Shown piece by piece: positions 52,215 through 63,506 of a stretch of DNA of 64,000 bases (positions within the stretch are counted from its first letter, which is position 1; the number at the start of each line of letters is the position of its first letter). The stretch covers positions 50,337,989-50,401,988 of the forward strand of contig NC_068986.1 of NCBI RefSeq assembly GCF_001194135.2, in the 5' to 3' direction. Made by a program: the position numbers and the translations under genes. Below the pieces are notes generated by a model. It saw nothing but the letters and a program-made list of their open reading frames with translations, did not search any database and was not told where the DNA came from. The DNA is from Octopus bimaculoides. Its lineage: Eukaryota.

Positions 52215-52968
52215 AAATGTCAATAAGCATTTTACCCAGCACAGTAACAATTCTGCCAGGTCGCTGCCTTAAAATTTGAAATAATGATAATTACTTGTAT
52301 AGGCCCAAGGCCTGAAATTTGGAGGACGGAGTTAGTCGATTACATCGAACCCAGTGCTAAACTGGTACTTAGTTTATTGACCCCGAAATGACAGAGGTCA
52401 AAGTCAACCTCAGCAGAATTTGAAGTCAGAACATAAAAGACATGAAATACTGCTAAGTATTTTTACCTCTGTGCTAACGATTCTGCCAGTTCACCACCAA
52501 TAATAATAATAATAATAATAATAATAATCCTTTCTACTAAAGGCACAAGGCCTGAAATTTGGGGGAGGAGAACTAGTTGATTACATTAACTCCAGTGCAT
52601 AACTGCTACTTATTTCACCAACACCGAAAGGATGAAAGGCAAGGAAGTCAACCTCGGCGGAATTTGAACTCAGAACATAAAGACAGATGAAATGGCGTTA
52701 AGCATTTTATCTGCTGTGCTAAGAATTCTGCCAGCTTGCTGCTAACAATAATAAGCCTTCCTACTATAGGCACAAGGCCAGAAATTTGGGGGAGGGGGTA
52801 GTCGATTACATCAACCTCAGTACTCAACTAGTACTTAATTTATCGACCCCAAAAAGATGCAAGGTAAAGTCGACCTCAGCGGAATTTGAACTCAGAACAT
52901 GTAGACAGACGAAATACAGCAAAGCATTTTGTTGGGTGTGCTAATGATTCTGCCAGCATGCCACCTTA
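52215..52968 (-). mobile_element. Head-to-tail array of 3-4 SINE family D copies with (TAA)n spacers
   Basis: Units end ttctgccagttcaccacc, ttctgccagcttgctgc and ttctgccagcatgccacctt, each preceded by a taataat tail and ggcacaaggcctgaaattt. Confidence 0.9.
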
Positions 52969-52981
52969 ATGATAGTAATAA

Positions 52982-53379
52982 TTGTTGTTGGCACTCCGTC
53001 GCTTACGACGTCGAGGGTTCTAGTTGATCCAATCAACGGAACAGCCTGCTCGTGAAATTAACGTGCAAGTGGCTGAACACTCCACAAACATGTGTACCCT
53101 TAACATAGTTCTCGGGGATATTCAGCGTGACAGTGTGACAAGGCTGGCCCTTTGAAATACAGGTACAACAGAAGAAACAGGAAGAAAGAGTGAGAGAAAG
53201 TTGTGGTGAAAGAGTACAGCAGGGTTCGCCACCATCCACTGCCGGAGCCTCGTGGAGCATTAGATGTTTTCGCTCAATAAACACTCACAACGCCCGGTCT
53301 GGGAATTGAAACTGCGATCCTATGACTCGCGGTCATAGGCGAGTCCGCTGCCCTAACCACTTGGCCATTGCGCCTCCAC
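52982..53379 (-). mobile_element. SINE family A with a small internal inversion
   Basis: Full consensus; TSD gatagtaataa / gataataataa; an extra tcgcggtcatagg at about 53327-53339. Confidence 0.93.
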
Positions 53380-54824
53380 GATAATAATAATGATAAAAAT
53401 AATAATATATATTGGCATCCAAGCTGTTCTTCATACTTCAACAACTTGATCATTAACACACTGCTTCACTGTATGATTAATAATCTGTATCAGGGATACA
53501 ATAACAGTATGACAGGACATGCTTCTAATCCATGTTTTTTACACACACACACACGCACATTGATGTCAGCATGGAAAATGGATGTTAAATGATGATGATG
53601 GTATATATTCTTTTATTCTTTTACTTGTTTCAGTCATTTGACTGCGGCCATGCTCGAGCACCACCTTGAAGGTGGTATTTTAGTTGAAGAAATCGACCCC
53701 CTCCCCCCAGTACTTAGTCTATTGGTCTCTTTTACTGCACCGCTAACTTATGGGGATGTAAACAAACCAACATCAGTTGTCAAGCGATGGTAGGTGGAGA
53801 GAAACACAGACACAAAAACATACACACATAAATAGTTCAAATCCACAAGGGGCTGATTCTGCCCTTTTAAAGTCTTTTTGCAATTGGGGATGTGAAGAGG
53901 TACGATAGAATTGAATGTTCGAGTTTGCACTAATATGATATCACTATCTTTTACTTGTTTCAGTCATTTGACTGTGGCCATGCTGGGGCACAGTACTTAT
54001 TCTATTTTTTTAAGCCTGGTACTTGTTCTAATCATCTTTTTTGCTGAAGGCACAGGGATGTAAACAAACCAACATCAGTTGTCAGGTAGAATGGACAAGG
54101 ACAGACACACAGATATACACATATATAAAATGGGCTTCTTTCAGTTTCCATCTATCAACTTCACTCTCAGTGCTTATGCTGGCCTGGTCAGGGCTATAGA
54201 AAAAGACACTTGGCCAAAGTGCCACACAGTGGGGCAGAACTCGGTACTCAGTACTCAACTGGTACTTAATTTATCGACCCCAAAAAGATGCAAGGTAAAA
54301 TCGACCTCAGCGGAATTTGAACTCAGAACATGAAGACAGACGAAATACAGCAAAGCTTGTTAACTACACAGCCATGCACCACGCCATCCTTTCAAGAAAC
54401 TCATAGGCTACATAAGAGCTTCTGATACTTCCTATAAACACAGGCAAAGCCACTTTATACATATGTGTGTATATTAAGCTTTATTTGAAACTCATTATCA
54501 TCATAGTTTAATGGCCACTTTTCTATGCTTCCATGGGTCAAATGTAATTTGTTGAGGCAAATTTTTCAACAGGCCTGATGACTTTCCTGTTGCCATCTCT
54601 ATTTACCAAGCAAGGTATCATTTTCCTAAGGTCAGACATGTTTTAGAACCATTATGTGATGTCAAGACTAGGATACACAATACATACATACACACACACA
54701 CGCACAAGAGTTTCTTCCATTTTTTGCCAACCAAATCCAGTAACAAGGCTTTGGTTGGTTCAAGGCTATGGTATGACTAAACACAAAACCTTATGATTAG
54801 GAAGCAGCTATAACTGCGCCTATA

Positions 54825-55032
54825 CTCTCTCTTTTACTCTTTTACCTTTTTCAGTCATTTGACTGCGGCCATGCTGGAGTACCGCCTTTAGTCGAGCAAA
54901 TTGACCCCAGTACTTATTCTATCGGTCTCTTTTGCCGAACCGCTAAGTTACGGGGACATAAACACACCACCATCGGTTGTCAAGCAATGTTGGGGGAGAC
55001 AAACACTGACACACAAACATATACACACACAT

Positions 55033-55073
<41 letters not shown>

Positions 55074-55232
55074 TACGAGGAGCTTCTTTCAATTTCCGTC
55101 TACCAAATCCACTCACGAGGCCTTGGTTGGCCCGAGGTTATAGTAGAAGACACTTGCCCAAGGTGCCAGGCAGTGAGTATGAACCCAGAACCATGTGGCT
55201 GGTAAGCTACTTACCACACAGCCACTCCTACG

Positions 55233-55235
<3 letters not shown>
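54825..55235 (-). mobile_element. SINE family C, full length
   Basis: Tail ctctcttttactcttttac; head cttaccacacagccactcctacgcct. Confidence 0.93.
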
Positions 55236-55274
<39 letters not shown>

Positions 55275-55275
<1 letters not shown>

Positions 55276-55750
55276 TTCATCATCATCATTTAATGTGTTT
55301 TCCATTCTGGTACGGGTTTGACAGGAGCTGACCAGCTGAAGGACTGTTCAGGCTCCGTGTTTGTTTTGGCATGGTTTCTATGATGTCCTTCCTATTACCA
55401 ACCACTTTACATAGTGTACTGAGTGCTTTCACGCAGCACCAGCACAGGTACTTTTTATGTGGCACCAACACTTACGAGCCTGCAAGATTAGGGATGCTCA
55501 GCTGGAGAAGGTTGCTGGAGACAAGCTCATATGCAAGGGCAACCATGCTTTTACTCAGCTTCATGTGTCTTTTCAAGCACAGCAAACCACCAAGTGTCTC
55601 AATCTTTTGTCATCCCCTCTGTGAGTCCCAACATCTATAGATCCTTTCCCGCCACTTCATCCCATGTCTTCCTGGATCTACCTCTTCCACATATACCCTC
55701 TGTAATTAGATATTGGCATCTCTTGATGCAGCTGTCTCCATTCATACACA
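55275..55750 (-). mobile_element. RTE-LINE 3' end (family E tail plus C-terminal coding relic)
   Basis: catcatcatcatttaatgtgttttccattc tail. The minus strand near 55650-55745 encodes DSCIKRCQ...CGRGRSRKTWDEV, matching the RTE GRPRKTW motif. Confidence 0.8.
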
Positions 55751-55753
55751 CAC

Positions 55754-55799
<46 letters not shown>

Positions 55800-55809
55800 A
55801 TGTCAACAT

Positions 55810-56190
55810 AGGTGCAGGAGTGGCTGTGTGGTAAGTAGCTTGCTTACCAACCACATGGTTCCTGGTTCAGTCCCACTGCGTGGCACCTTGGGCAAGTGTC
55901 TTCTACTATAACCTTGGGCCGACCAAAGCCTTGTGAGTGGATTTGGTAGATGGAAACTGAAAGAAGCCTGTTGTGTATATGTATATATATGTGTGTGTGT
56001 TTGTCCCCCCCAACATTACTTGACAACCGATGCCGGTGTGTTTACGTCCCCGTAATCTAGCGGTTCGGCAAAAGAGCCCGATAGAATAAGTACTAGGCTT
56101 ACAAAGAATAAGTCCTGGGGTCGATTTGCTCGACTAAAGGCGGTGCTCCAGCATGGCTATAGTCAATTGACTGAAACAAGTAAAAGAGTA
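55810..56190 (+). mobile_element. SINE family C, full length, young
   Basis: ggtgcaggagtggctgtgtggtaagtagc...actgaaacaagtaaaagag, near consensus. Confidence 0.95.
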
Positions 56191-56479
56191 AATTTAACAA
56201 CCACTTTTCCATGCTTGCATGGATTGGACAGGGTATATTAAGGAAGATTTTCAACAGCCGGATGCTCTTACTATCACCAAATCTAACCTGTTTCCAAGCA
56301 AAGTCATATTTCTCCAAAGCCAGACATCGTCTTGCAACATATTGGAAATAAATGACAGTTTGTTTCAGAGTGACAATCATTTACAATTATTAGATGATGT
56401 TTCCTCCGTTTGTCTGGGAAGCGAAGTTCCTACCGTACACCCATGCCTGCGTCTATATATATACATATATACATACATA

Positions 56480-56700
56480 CACCTGACAGTAAGTCAAAAC
56501 CATTTAATTCCAAGATTAAAACAAAAAGTATTTTATATGAGACTTTGCTAATAGATACATGTTGAGAAAAAAAAAAAACGGTGATTTTTAACTCACAGCA
56601 TTCAATTATTAAATATTCACAATTAGAATGAATAAATAGAATTAGATATTAAGTATTTATGGAATTTTGATTTACTGCCAGGTGACTTTGGCCAACCCTG
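56480..56700. mobile_element. Mariner-like MITE with an eroded left TIR
   Basis: The right end reads CAGGGTTGGCCAAAGTCACCTGGCAGTAA on the minus strand. The left end retains the inner half cacctgacagtaa beside a (TACA)n tract. Confidence 0.6.
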
Positions 56701-56734
<34 letters not shown>

Positions 56735-57552
56735 TATACACACACATACATATATATGTGCAAACACACACACACATATACACACACATACATATACACA
56801 CACATATCTACACACATACATATATATATATGCGCACACATATATATATACACACACATATATATATACACACACATATATATACACACACATATATATA
56901 TATACACACACATATATATATATACACACACATATATATATANNNNNNNNNNNNNNNNNNNNNNNNNNNNNNNNNNNNNNNNNNNNNNNNNNNNNNNNNN
57001 NNNNNNNNNNNNNNNNNNNNNNNNNNNNNNNNNNNNNNNNNNNNNNNNNNNNNNNNNNNNNNNNNNNNNNNNNNNNNNNNNNNNNNNNNNNNNNNNNNNN
57101 NNNNNNNNNNNNNNNNNNNNNNNNNNNNNNNNNNNNNNNNNNNNNNNNNNNNNNNNNNNNNNNNNNNNNNNNNNNNNNNNNNNNNNNNNNNNNNNNNNNN
57201 NNNNNNNNNNNNNNNNNNNNNNNNNNNNNNNNNNNNNNNNNNNNNNNNNNNNNNNNNNNNNNNNNNNNNNNNNNNNNNNNNNNNNNNNNNNNNNNNNNNN
57301 NNNNNNNNNNNNNNNNNNNNNNNNNNNNNNNNNNNNNNNNNNNNNNNNNNNNNNNNNNNNNNNNNNNNNNNNNNNNNNNNNNNNNNNNNNNNNNNNNNNN
57401 NNNNNNNNNNNNNNNNNNNNNNNNNNNNNNNNNNNNNNNNNNNNNNNNNNNNNNNNNNNNNNNNNNNNNNNNNNNNNNNNNNNNNNNNNNNNNNNNNNNN
57501 NNNNNNNNNNNNNNNNNNNNGTATATGTCTATATATACATATACATACATAT

Positions 57553-57592
<40 letters not shown>

Positions 57593-57594
57593 CA

Positions 57595-57757
57595 AAGGCA
57601 GGTCCTTTGAAATACAGGTACTTCTCATTTTTGCCAGCTGAGTGGACTGGAGCAATGTGAAATAAAATGCTTTGCTGAAGGACGCAATGTGTTGCATGGA
57701 ATTGAACTCACAACCTTGCAACCATGAGCCAAATGCCCTAACTACTAAGCCATGCAC
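57595..57757 (-). mobile_element. SINE family F/B 5' part
   Basis: cctttgaaatacaggtacttctcatttttgccagctgagtggactggagcaatgtgaaataaa...actactaagccatgcac. Confidence 0.8.
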
Positions 57758-58187
57758 CGGATAGAATGGGACTTGCTAAAACTAGGCCGAAACAGCTGTA
57801 AGATTAAACTTCTGTTCATCCTCTAACTCCTTATGTACTTTGTACTTCTATATGTAAACCATGTTGGCAAAATAACAGTCGGCCATAGACACCTGTGCTT
57901 TGGTTCTTTCTTTCTCTTTCTTTTCTCCCTTTTTTTTGTCACTTTTGCTATGAATTAAATTAATGAATTCAACGGGATACACCGTCTGCAAGTAGTTGGG
58001 TTCAGCATATTATCCTCCATTCTCTAATTGTTACACAAATTTTGGGTAAAACCTCCACTTTTACCCGCTCCCATTGATTGCACCTAGTATAGCACTAGTG
58101 TAGCAATAATTGGGTACCCTCCCAGCAGTATACTGGATAGATACTATCCCTTAGTGGGTTGAACCCCCAACCCCTAACTCTCTCACG

Positions 58188-58190
<3 letters not shown>
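57758..58190 (+). mobile_element. Candidate Penelope-like element terminal fragment with the 3' half of a hammerhead
   Basis: ctaggccGAAACAGCTGTAagATTAAA: GAAA box, palindromic ACAGCTGT helix III, GUA site and a poly(A)-signal-like hexamer. It ends at (TA)n. Confidence 0.4.
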
Positions 58191-58220
<30 letters not shown>

Positions 58221-58223
<3 letters not shown>

Positions 58224-58545
58224 GGTTAAAATGTCTTACGTTTAAGCTGGTTCCCATGCATTTCCCTGAAGAGAAGATTACATTCTTATCAACATCACCT
58301 ATTCCTATGGAAGGTATAATTTGTAATCTTCGAAACACATGTCAGAAATAAAAGTATTCAGTTAACATATGCGTATTACTCCATTTACTAAATTTATATA
58401 TACTCAAGTACCCAAAATAACAAGGAGTTTCTACCTCATAAACAGGAGTTACACCACAGTCACTTTGTGATCTTTGCTACCCTGGTATCTATTAACCATT
58501 TTATTTTGTCCAAGTTAATTATTAACTAAGAGAAAATAAATACAT
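58221..58545 (+). mobile_element. Penelope-like element pseudo-LTR or retrozyme-like cassette inserted in (TA)n
   Basis: Non-coding insert of about 330 bp bounded by TA-rich repeats. It contains a hammerhead immediately followed by AATAAA. Confidence 0.6.
58260..58349 (+). ncRNA. Type I hammerhead ribozyme (near-intact)
   Basis: atttcc-CTGAAGA(58266-72)-GAAGATTACA...TGTAATCTTC (perfect 10-bp helix II)-GAAA(58332-35)-C-acat-G-TC|agaaat. Helix I pairs 5 of 6, and the predicted cleavage is after C58343. Confidence 0.8.
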
Positions 58546-58740
58546 ATAATCAAATATATATATACATATAATCAAATATATATANNNNNNNNNNNNNNNN
58601 NNNNNNNNNNNNNNNNNNNNNNNNNNNNNNNNNNNNNNNNNNNNNNNNNNNNNNNNNNNNNNNNNNNNNNNNNNNNNNNNNNNNNNNNNNNNNNNNNNNN
58701 NNNNNNNNNNNNNNNNNNNNNNNNNNNNNNNNNNNNNNNN

Positions 58741-58771
<31 letters not shown>

Positions 58772-59588
58772 ACACACACACCACAGGCTTCCACACAGTT
58801 TCTGTTTACCAAATTCATTTACAAAGTATTAGTTGAGCTGGAGCTATAAGTAGAAAACATTTGCCCAAGGTGACTGCATGGGGGGAGGATTGAACCTGAA
58901 ACCAGGTGGCTGCAGATCAATCTTCTTAACCACACAGCTGTACGTGCACCTGCAGTACTACCGATCAAGATTAGAGAGAGTAAATCACCCCAGTATGCGG
59001 ACTGGCATTACTATAGCACAGAAGCTACTACCACTACACCCAGTCACTCAACCACCACCACCATCGATGCCTCCACTGCCACTATAATGTAACTGTCACA
59101 GCCATACCCTCTATTTACAATAGTTTAACAAGTAGATTCAGTTCATGTAAACACATTTATTAAGACACTGACACCTTGTATCTCCTTCACCATGTGCACA
59201 TCACACTTTCTTTCCCTCGAGTACATAGGTTCACTTGTACCTCACACCTCACTCAACCTCCTTTTCGCATGTGTACCTCTACATGTGTATATATATATAT
59301 ATATATATGTGTGTGAGTGTGTGTGTGTGTGTGTGTGTGCGTGCTGGACACGCAAACACACATAGTGTTTCGTTGTAAACAATCACATGGATATATATAT
59401 GAATGAATGTAATCACCACATAGACACACACATACACGCACAGTTCTCTGCTCTCCATCCCTAAAACAATTAAGTTCAGCCCAGGCATGAATGTTACACC
59501 TCGTTTTCCTATCCACATTAAATGTGGGCTTCATACCTATTTGAAAGGTCATGGCTACTTGTCAATACACATACACACATAGGTTCAT

Positions 59589-59620
<32 letters not shown>

Positions 59621-59985
59621 NNNNNNNNNNNNNNNNNNNNNNNNNNNNNNNNNNNNNNNNNNNNNNNNNNNNNNNNNNNNNNNNNNNNNNNNNNNNNNNN
59701 NNNNNNNNNNNNNNNNNNNNNNNNNNNNNNNNNNNNNNNNNNNNNNNNNNNNNNNNNNNNNNNNNNNNNNNNNNNNNNNNNNNNNNNNNNNNNNNNNNNN
59801 NNNNNNNNNNNNNNNNNNNNNNNNNGTGTCCACTATGTCTCTCACCTCCACATTACCCCTCTTTTTCTCTCTCTCTCTCTGCCTCTGTAAACTCTACAAT
59901 ATTTAGAAAGGAAATCCATCAAATATTTGTTACGACAACAGCAATAATGAAAACAAAAAAAAATCCCTTGTTTATTTATTATGAT

Positions 59986-60210
59986 TAAGGTGGTGAGCTG
60001 GTGGAATTGTTAGCATGCAGGACAAAATGCTTAGCGGCATTTCACTAAGCATCTTTATGTTCAGAGTTCAAATTCTGCCAAGGCTGACATTACCTCTCAT
60101 CCATTTGCGATCAATAAAACAAGTACCAGTTGAGCACTGGGGTCAATATAATTGACTAACCCACTTCCCACAAAATTTTTGGCCTTGTGCCTATAATAGA
60201 AAGGATTATC
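59986..60210 (+). mobile_element. SINE family D
   Basis: taaggtggtgagctggtggaattgttagc...ggccttgtgcctataatagaaaggattat. Confidence 0.88.
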
Positions 60211-60234
60211 ATCATCATCATTATTATTATTAGG

Positions 60235-60730
60235 ATAGCGACACTAAACTCTGCTTGCAAAGACCTGTTGAGGCAAGTGAAATCGAAATCAAATTCGCTG
60301 ACGTGGCCGATGGCAGCACCACCTGACTGGCATCCATGCTAGTGGAACGCTAAGAGCACCATCCGAGTGTGATCGTTGCCAGGGCCGCTGACTGGTTCCT
60401 GTGCCGGTGGCATGTAAAACGCACCATTCGAGCATGACCGTTACCAGCGTTGCCTTACTGGCACGTGAAAAACAACATTTGAGCGAGGTCATTGCCAGTG
60501 CCGCTGGACTGGCCCCTGTGCAGTTAGCACGTAAAAAAATACCATTTGAGCATGGCCGTTGCCAGTACTGCCTGACTGGCCCTCGTGCCGGTGGCACGTA
60601 AAAGCACCCACTACACTCTCGGAGTGGTTGGCGTTAGGCAGGATGCAGCTCCCCAGCTTATTAGTTTTCAGTCAAACCATCCAGCCCATGCTGGCATGGA
60701 AAACAGACATTAAATGATGATGATGATGAT
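60235..60730 (+). mobile_element. RTE-LINE 3' UTR (family E, long form) with internal tandem subrepeats
   Basis: Four to five variants of ttgccag...actgg...gtgccggtggcacgtaaaa-gcaccattcgagc, then the shared family E tail ending in (GAT)n. Confidence 0.8.
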
Positions 60731-60744
60731 TCTTAGATTACTTA

Positions 60745-61310
60745 TTTCAAGCCCATTGCTCTCACTGGGACAAAGGCTATCAGTGACTTTTTTTCCCTTG
60801 TTCTCAACTCTGAGCTGTCTCTTCTGCTTTTCTCCAGCTGGATCCCTGCTTTTTCAGCTCTACCTCAGTATCCTACCTTCAGTTATTTTTAGGGCATCCC
60901 TCTCTTCCACTAGGGTCTAATGCTTAATGCAAGATGTTGGTTTCCTTAATGTTTGACCTACCCATCCCTGCTTGCATCTTCAAGATCTGTTCTTCCACTA
61001 TCACCTGCCTGCTCCTTTGTTACAGTTCTACATTTCTTATTTTATATGGCCATCTAATTTGAAGAATACACCTCAGTCAGTTATTGATGAAGGTCTGTAT
61101 CTTCTGTAAAGTCCTTTCAGTCCTTCTCCATGTCTCTGATCCACAGAAAAGGACAGAGTTCACATTAGAATTCAAAATACACAATTTAGTTGTTATGGTC
61201 ATTTCTCTGGAAGTCCAGATGTTCTTGAGAATGGTGAAGGCTGCTCTGGTCCTGTCTATTGGGCAAGCCATGTACAGAGATATGGTCAGCAAGCTAGTAA
61301 GAAGTGAGGA
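60745..61310 (-). pseudogene. RTE-clade LINE ORF2, post-RT C-terminal relic
   Basis: DRTRAAFTILKNIWTSREMTITTKLCILNSNVNSVLFCGSETWRRTERTLQKIQTFINN*LRCILQIRWP...GCPKNN matches the RTE KARAAF...KIRIFNSNVKSVLLYGSETW...CLRRIL.IRWP consensus. Confidence 0.9.
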
Positions 61311-61349
61311 TTTTAGTGAGCAAGTAGTTATCCATCACTGCTCAAATCT

Positions 61350-61600
61350 CAGCCTACTCCTGTTTATTGTGGTCCTCCAGGACATAACAGAAGAATTTAA
61401 GATTGTCTGTCCATGGTAACTGTTATATACTGATGACTCATTCTCATAGTTGATTATGTCATTGAATTGAAGATATTCCAAAAATAGGAACAAAGCCCAG
61501 AATTAAAGAGGTTTGAAAGTAAACATAGCAAATACAAAAGTTTTAGCTATCAGAAAAGAAGCTATGATTCTGTTGCCATCAGAGAGGTAACCATTATTTA
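61350..61600 (+). pseudogene. RTE-clade reverse transcriptase core relic (YADD region), second subfamily
   Basis: LLLFIVVLQDITEEFKIVCPW*LLYTDD...RGLKVNIANTKVL matches PLLFIIVL...CPWELLYADD...GLKVN..KTKV. Confidence 0.8.
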
Positions 61601-61898
61601 TATACCAGCATGGAGAATGGATGGTAAATGGTAATGATGATATACTCAGAAGGGTCCCTAAAAATTACTGATCTTCTATTACTTCTAATTAGCAGTGAAG
61701 GCAGGTACTTTAAGAGCAGAACAACCTCAATAAGAACAAAGATAGAAACATTCAGGGAGCTATTGCCTCTGTTGGCATCAAAGGGATTTTCTTTCCCAGT
61801 GAATGGAAAATAGTGTAATGTTTGAGTATGAAGTGTAACACTGCATGGTTGTGAAACATGAGCAGTAAATGTGGCAGATATGCAATGCTTGTATGTAT

Positions 61899-62284
61899 TG
61901 ATGTTGGCACTCCGTTGCTTGCGACGTCGAGGGTTCCAGCTGATCTGATCAACGGAACAGCCTGCTCGTGAAATTAACGTGCAAGTGGCCGAGCACTCCA
62001 CAGACACGTGTACCCTTAACATTGTTCTCAGGGATATTCAACGTGATACAGTGTGACATGGCTGACCCTTTGAATTACAGGCACAATAGAAACAGGAAGT
62101 AAGAGTGAGAGAAAGTTGTGGTGAAAGAGTACAGCAGGGTTCGCCACCATCCCCTGCCGGAGCCTCGTGGAGCTTTTAGGTGTTTTCGCTCAATAAACAC
62201 TCACAACACCCGGTCTGGGAATCGAAACTGTGATCCTGTGACCGCGAGTCCGCTGCCCTAACCACTGGGCCATTGCGCCTCCAC
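61899..62284 (-). mobile_element. SINE family A, full length
   Basis: Full consensus, with an 11-bp TSD cttgtatgtat (61888-61898, 62286-62296). Confidence 0.95.
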
Positions 62285-62334
62285 TCTTGTATGTATAAAC
62301 AACACATTTTAGATAAGCTGAAAAGAAAAGACTG

Positions 62335-62570
62335 GCTATCAGAGGAATGTGATGTAGCATCTCAGAGAGAAGTTTGTGGTGCTGGTATGGACATGTGATG
62401 CATATGAAGGGTGACAGCTAGGTAAAGGAGTGTAAAGAAGGTCAATAAAAAGGATCAGTGTGGAAGTGAAAGACCCAGGAAGACATGAAGATAAAGGGTG
62501 AGATGGTGTGTTAGGGAAGAACCATCCAGCCCATGTAAGCATTCAAAAGTAGGCATAAATAAAAATGATG
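62335..62570 (+). mobile_element. RTE 3' fragment, probably the same copy as 61350-61600
   Basis: Relics of WYGHVMHMKGDS and GRPRKT* followed by the family E tail ccatccagcccatgtaagcat. Confidence 0.65.
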
Positions 62571-62756
62571 AGAATTACTAAAATATTCTTTTATTTCACA
62601 TACACACACCACATGTCCTCATTTAATGTTTAATCAACTTGGATTCTGGAGGGTGTTAACTTGCTTTTCGTAACAATAACAGCACTAATAGTTTTTTCTC
62701 TTCATTGCATATGTAATTTTAACTGATTAAAAATTTCTTAGGGATCACTACATTAA

Positions 62757-62971
62757 CTCTTTAGCATTTAAACAAGCCATATCCAGTCCAAATATTCTAC
62801 CTGTTTTATGTTCAAACTGGTTAGATCTGGCTTCTCACACTTAACCTATGATCTCATTCTCAAAGTAAACAATCACATCATCAAAATCTTAAAGCTACAA
62901 GATCTATGATAAATACAAAACAATATGAATGAATGAGTACTACATTTGACAAAGTAATCAATGCTAAAGGG
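62757..62971. mobile_element. piggyBac-like MITE, uninterrupted
   Basis: TTAA|CTCTTTAGCATT...AATGCTAAAGGG|CTAA. Confidence 0.85.
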
Positions 62972-63001
62972 CTAAGTATGTTAGCCCTATTTGACTACAG
63001 A

Positions 63002-63060
<59 letters not shown>

Positions 63061-63061
<1 letters not shown>

Positions 63062-63459
63062 TGTAAATCCTCGAGTATAATCCGTACATTTTTTCCCAAA
63101 ATTTAAAGGTCAAAATTTCTAGTGTGTACTATATACGAGGTTAGAAATGAAAAATATTTTCTAAGCAAAATTTTCCAAGTGATAAATATGTAAAGGCATT
63201 TTAATTAATATTTATTTTTCACTGAAGTTATTACTGTTATTTCTTTATTTTCTGCAAACAAAGTGCACAAAAAAGCTACACATTTGCATTATGTTATGTA
63301 TACAATAATAATAAAGGACGTTACCGTATATACATTTACAAACCAAGGACTTTATATAGACCTCATTGACTCAAGTTAGAGAAGGGGTGCGTATTATACA
63401 CAAGATTTAGAGGTACAACCCCCTAAAAACCTCCTGCGTATTATACTCAAGGATTTACA

Positions 63460-63460
<1 letters not shown>
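63061..63460. mobile_element. pogo/Tc2-type MITE, 400 bp, inserted in (TA)n
   Basis: TIR CTGTAAATCCTCGAGTATAA / TTATACTCAAGGATTTACAG (one mismatch), with TA repeats on both sides. Confidence 0.92.

Positions 63461-63504
<44 letters not shown>

Positions 63505-63506
<2 letters not shown>

Noticed and set aside
58158-58185. aacccccaacccctaac as a telomeric repeat linked to the Penelope-like fragment
   Set aside because: Too short and irregular to be a TTAGGG array.
60745-61600. Head-to-head RT fragments suggesting a twin-priming inversion
   Set aside because: The two pieces look like different RTE subfamilies. The plus-strand piece has its own co-oriented 3' end at 62335-62570, so two independent insertions are more likely.
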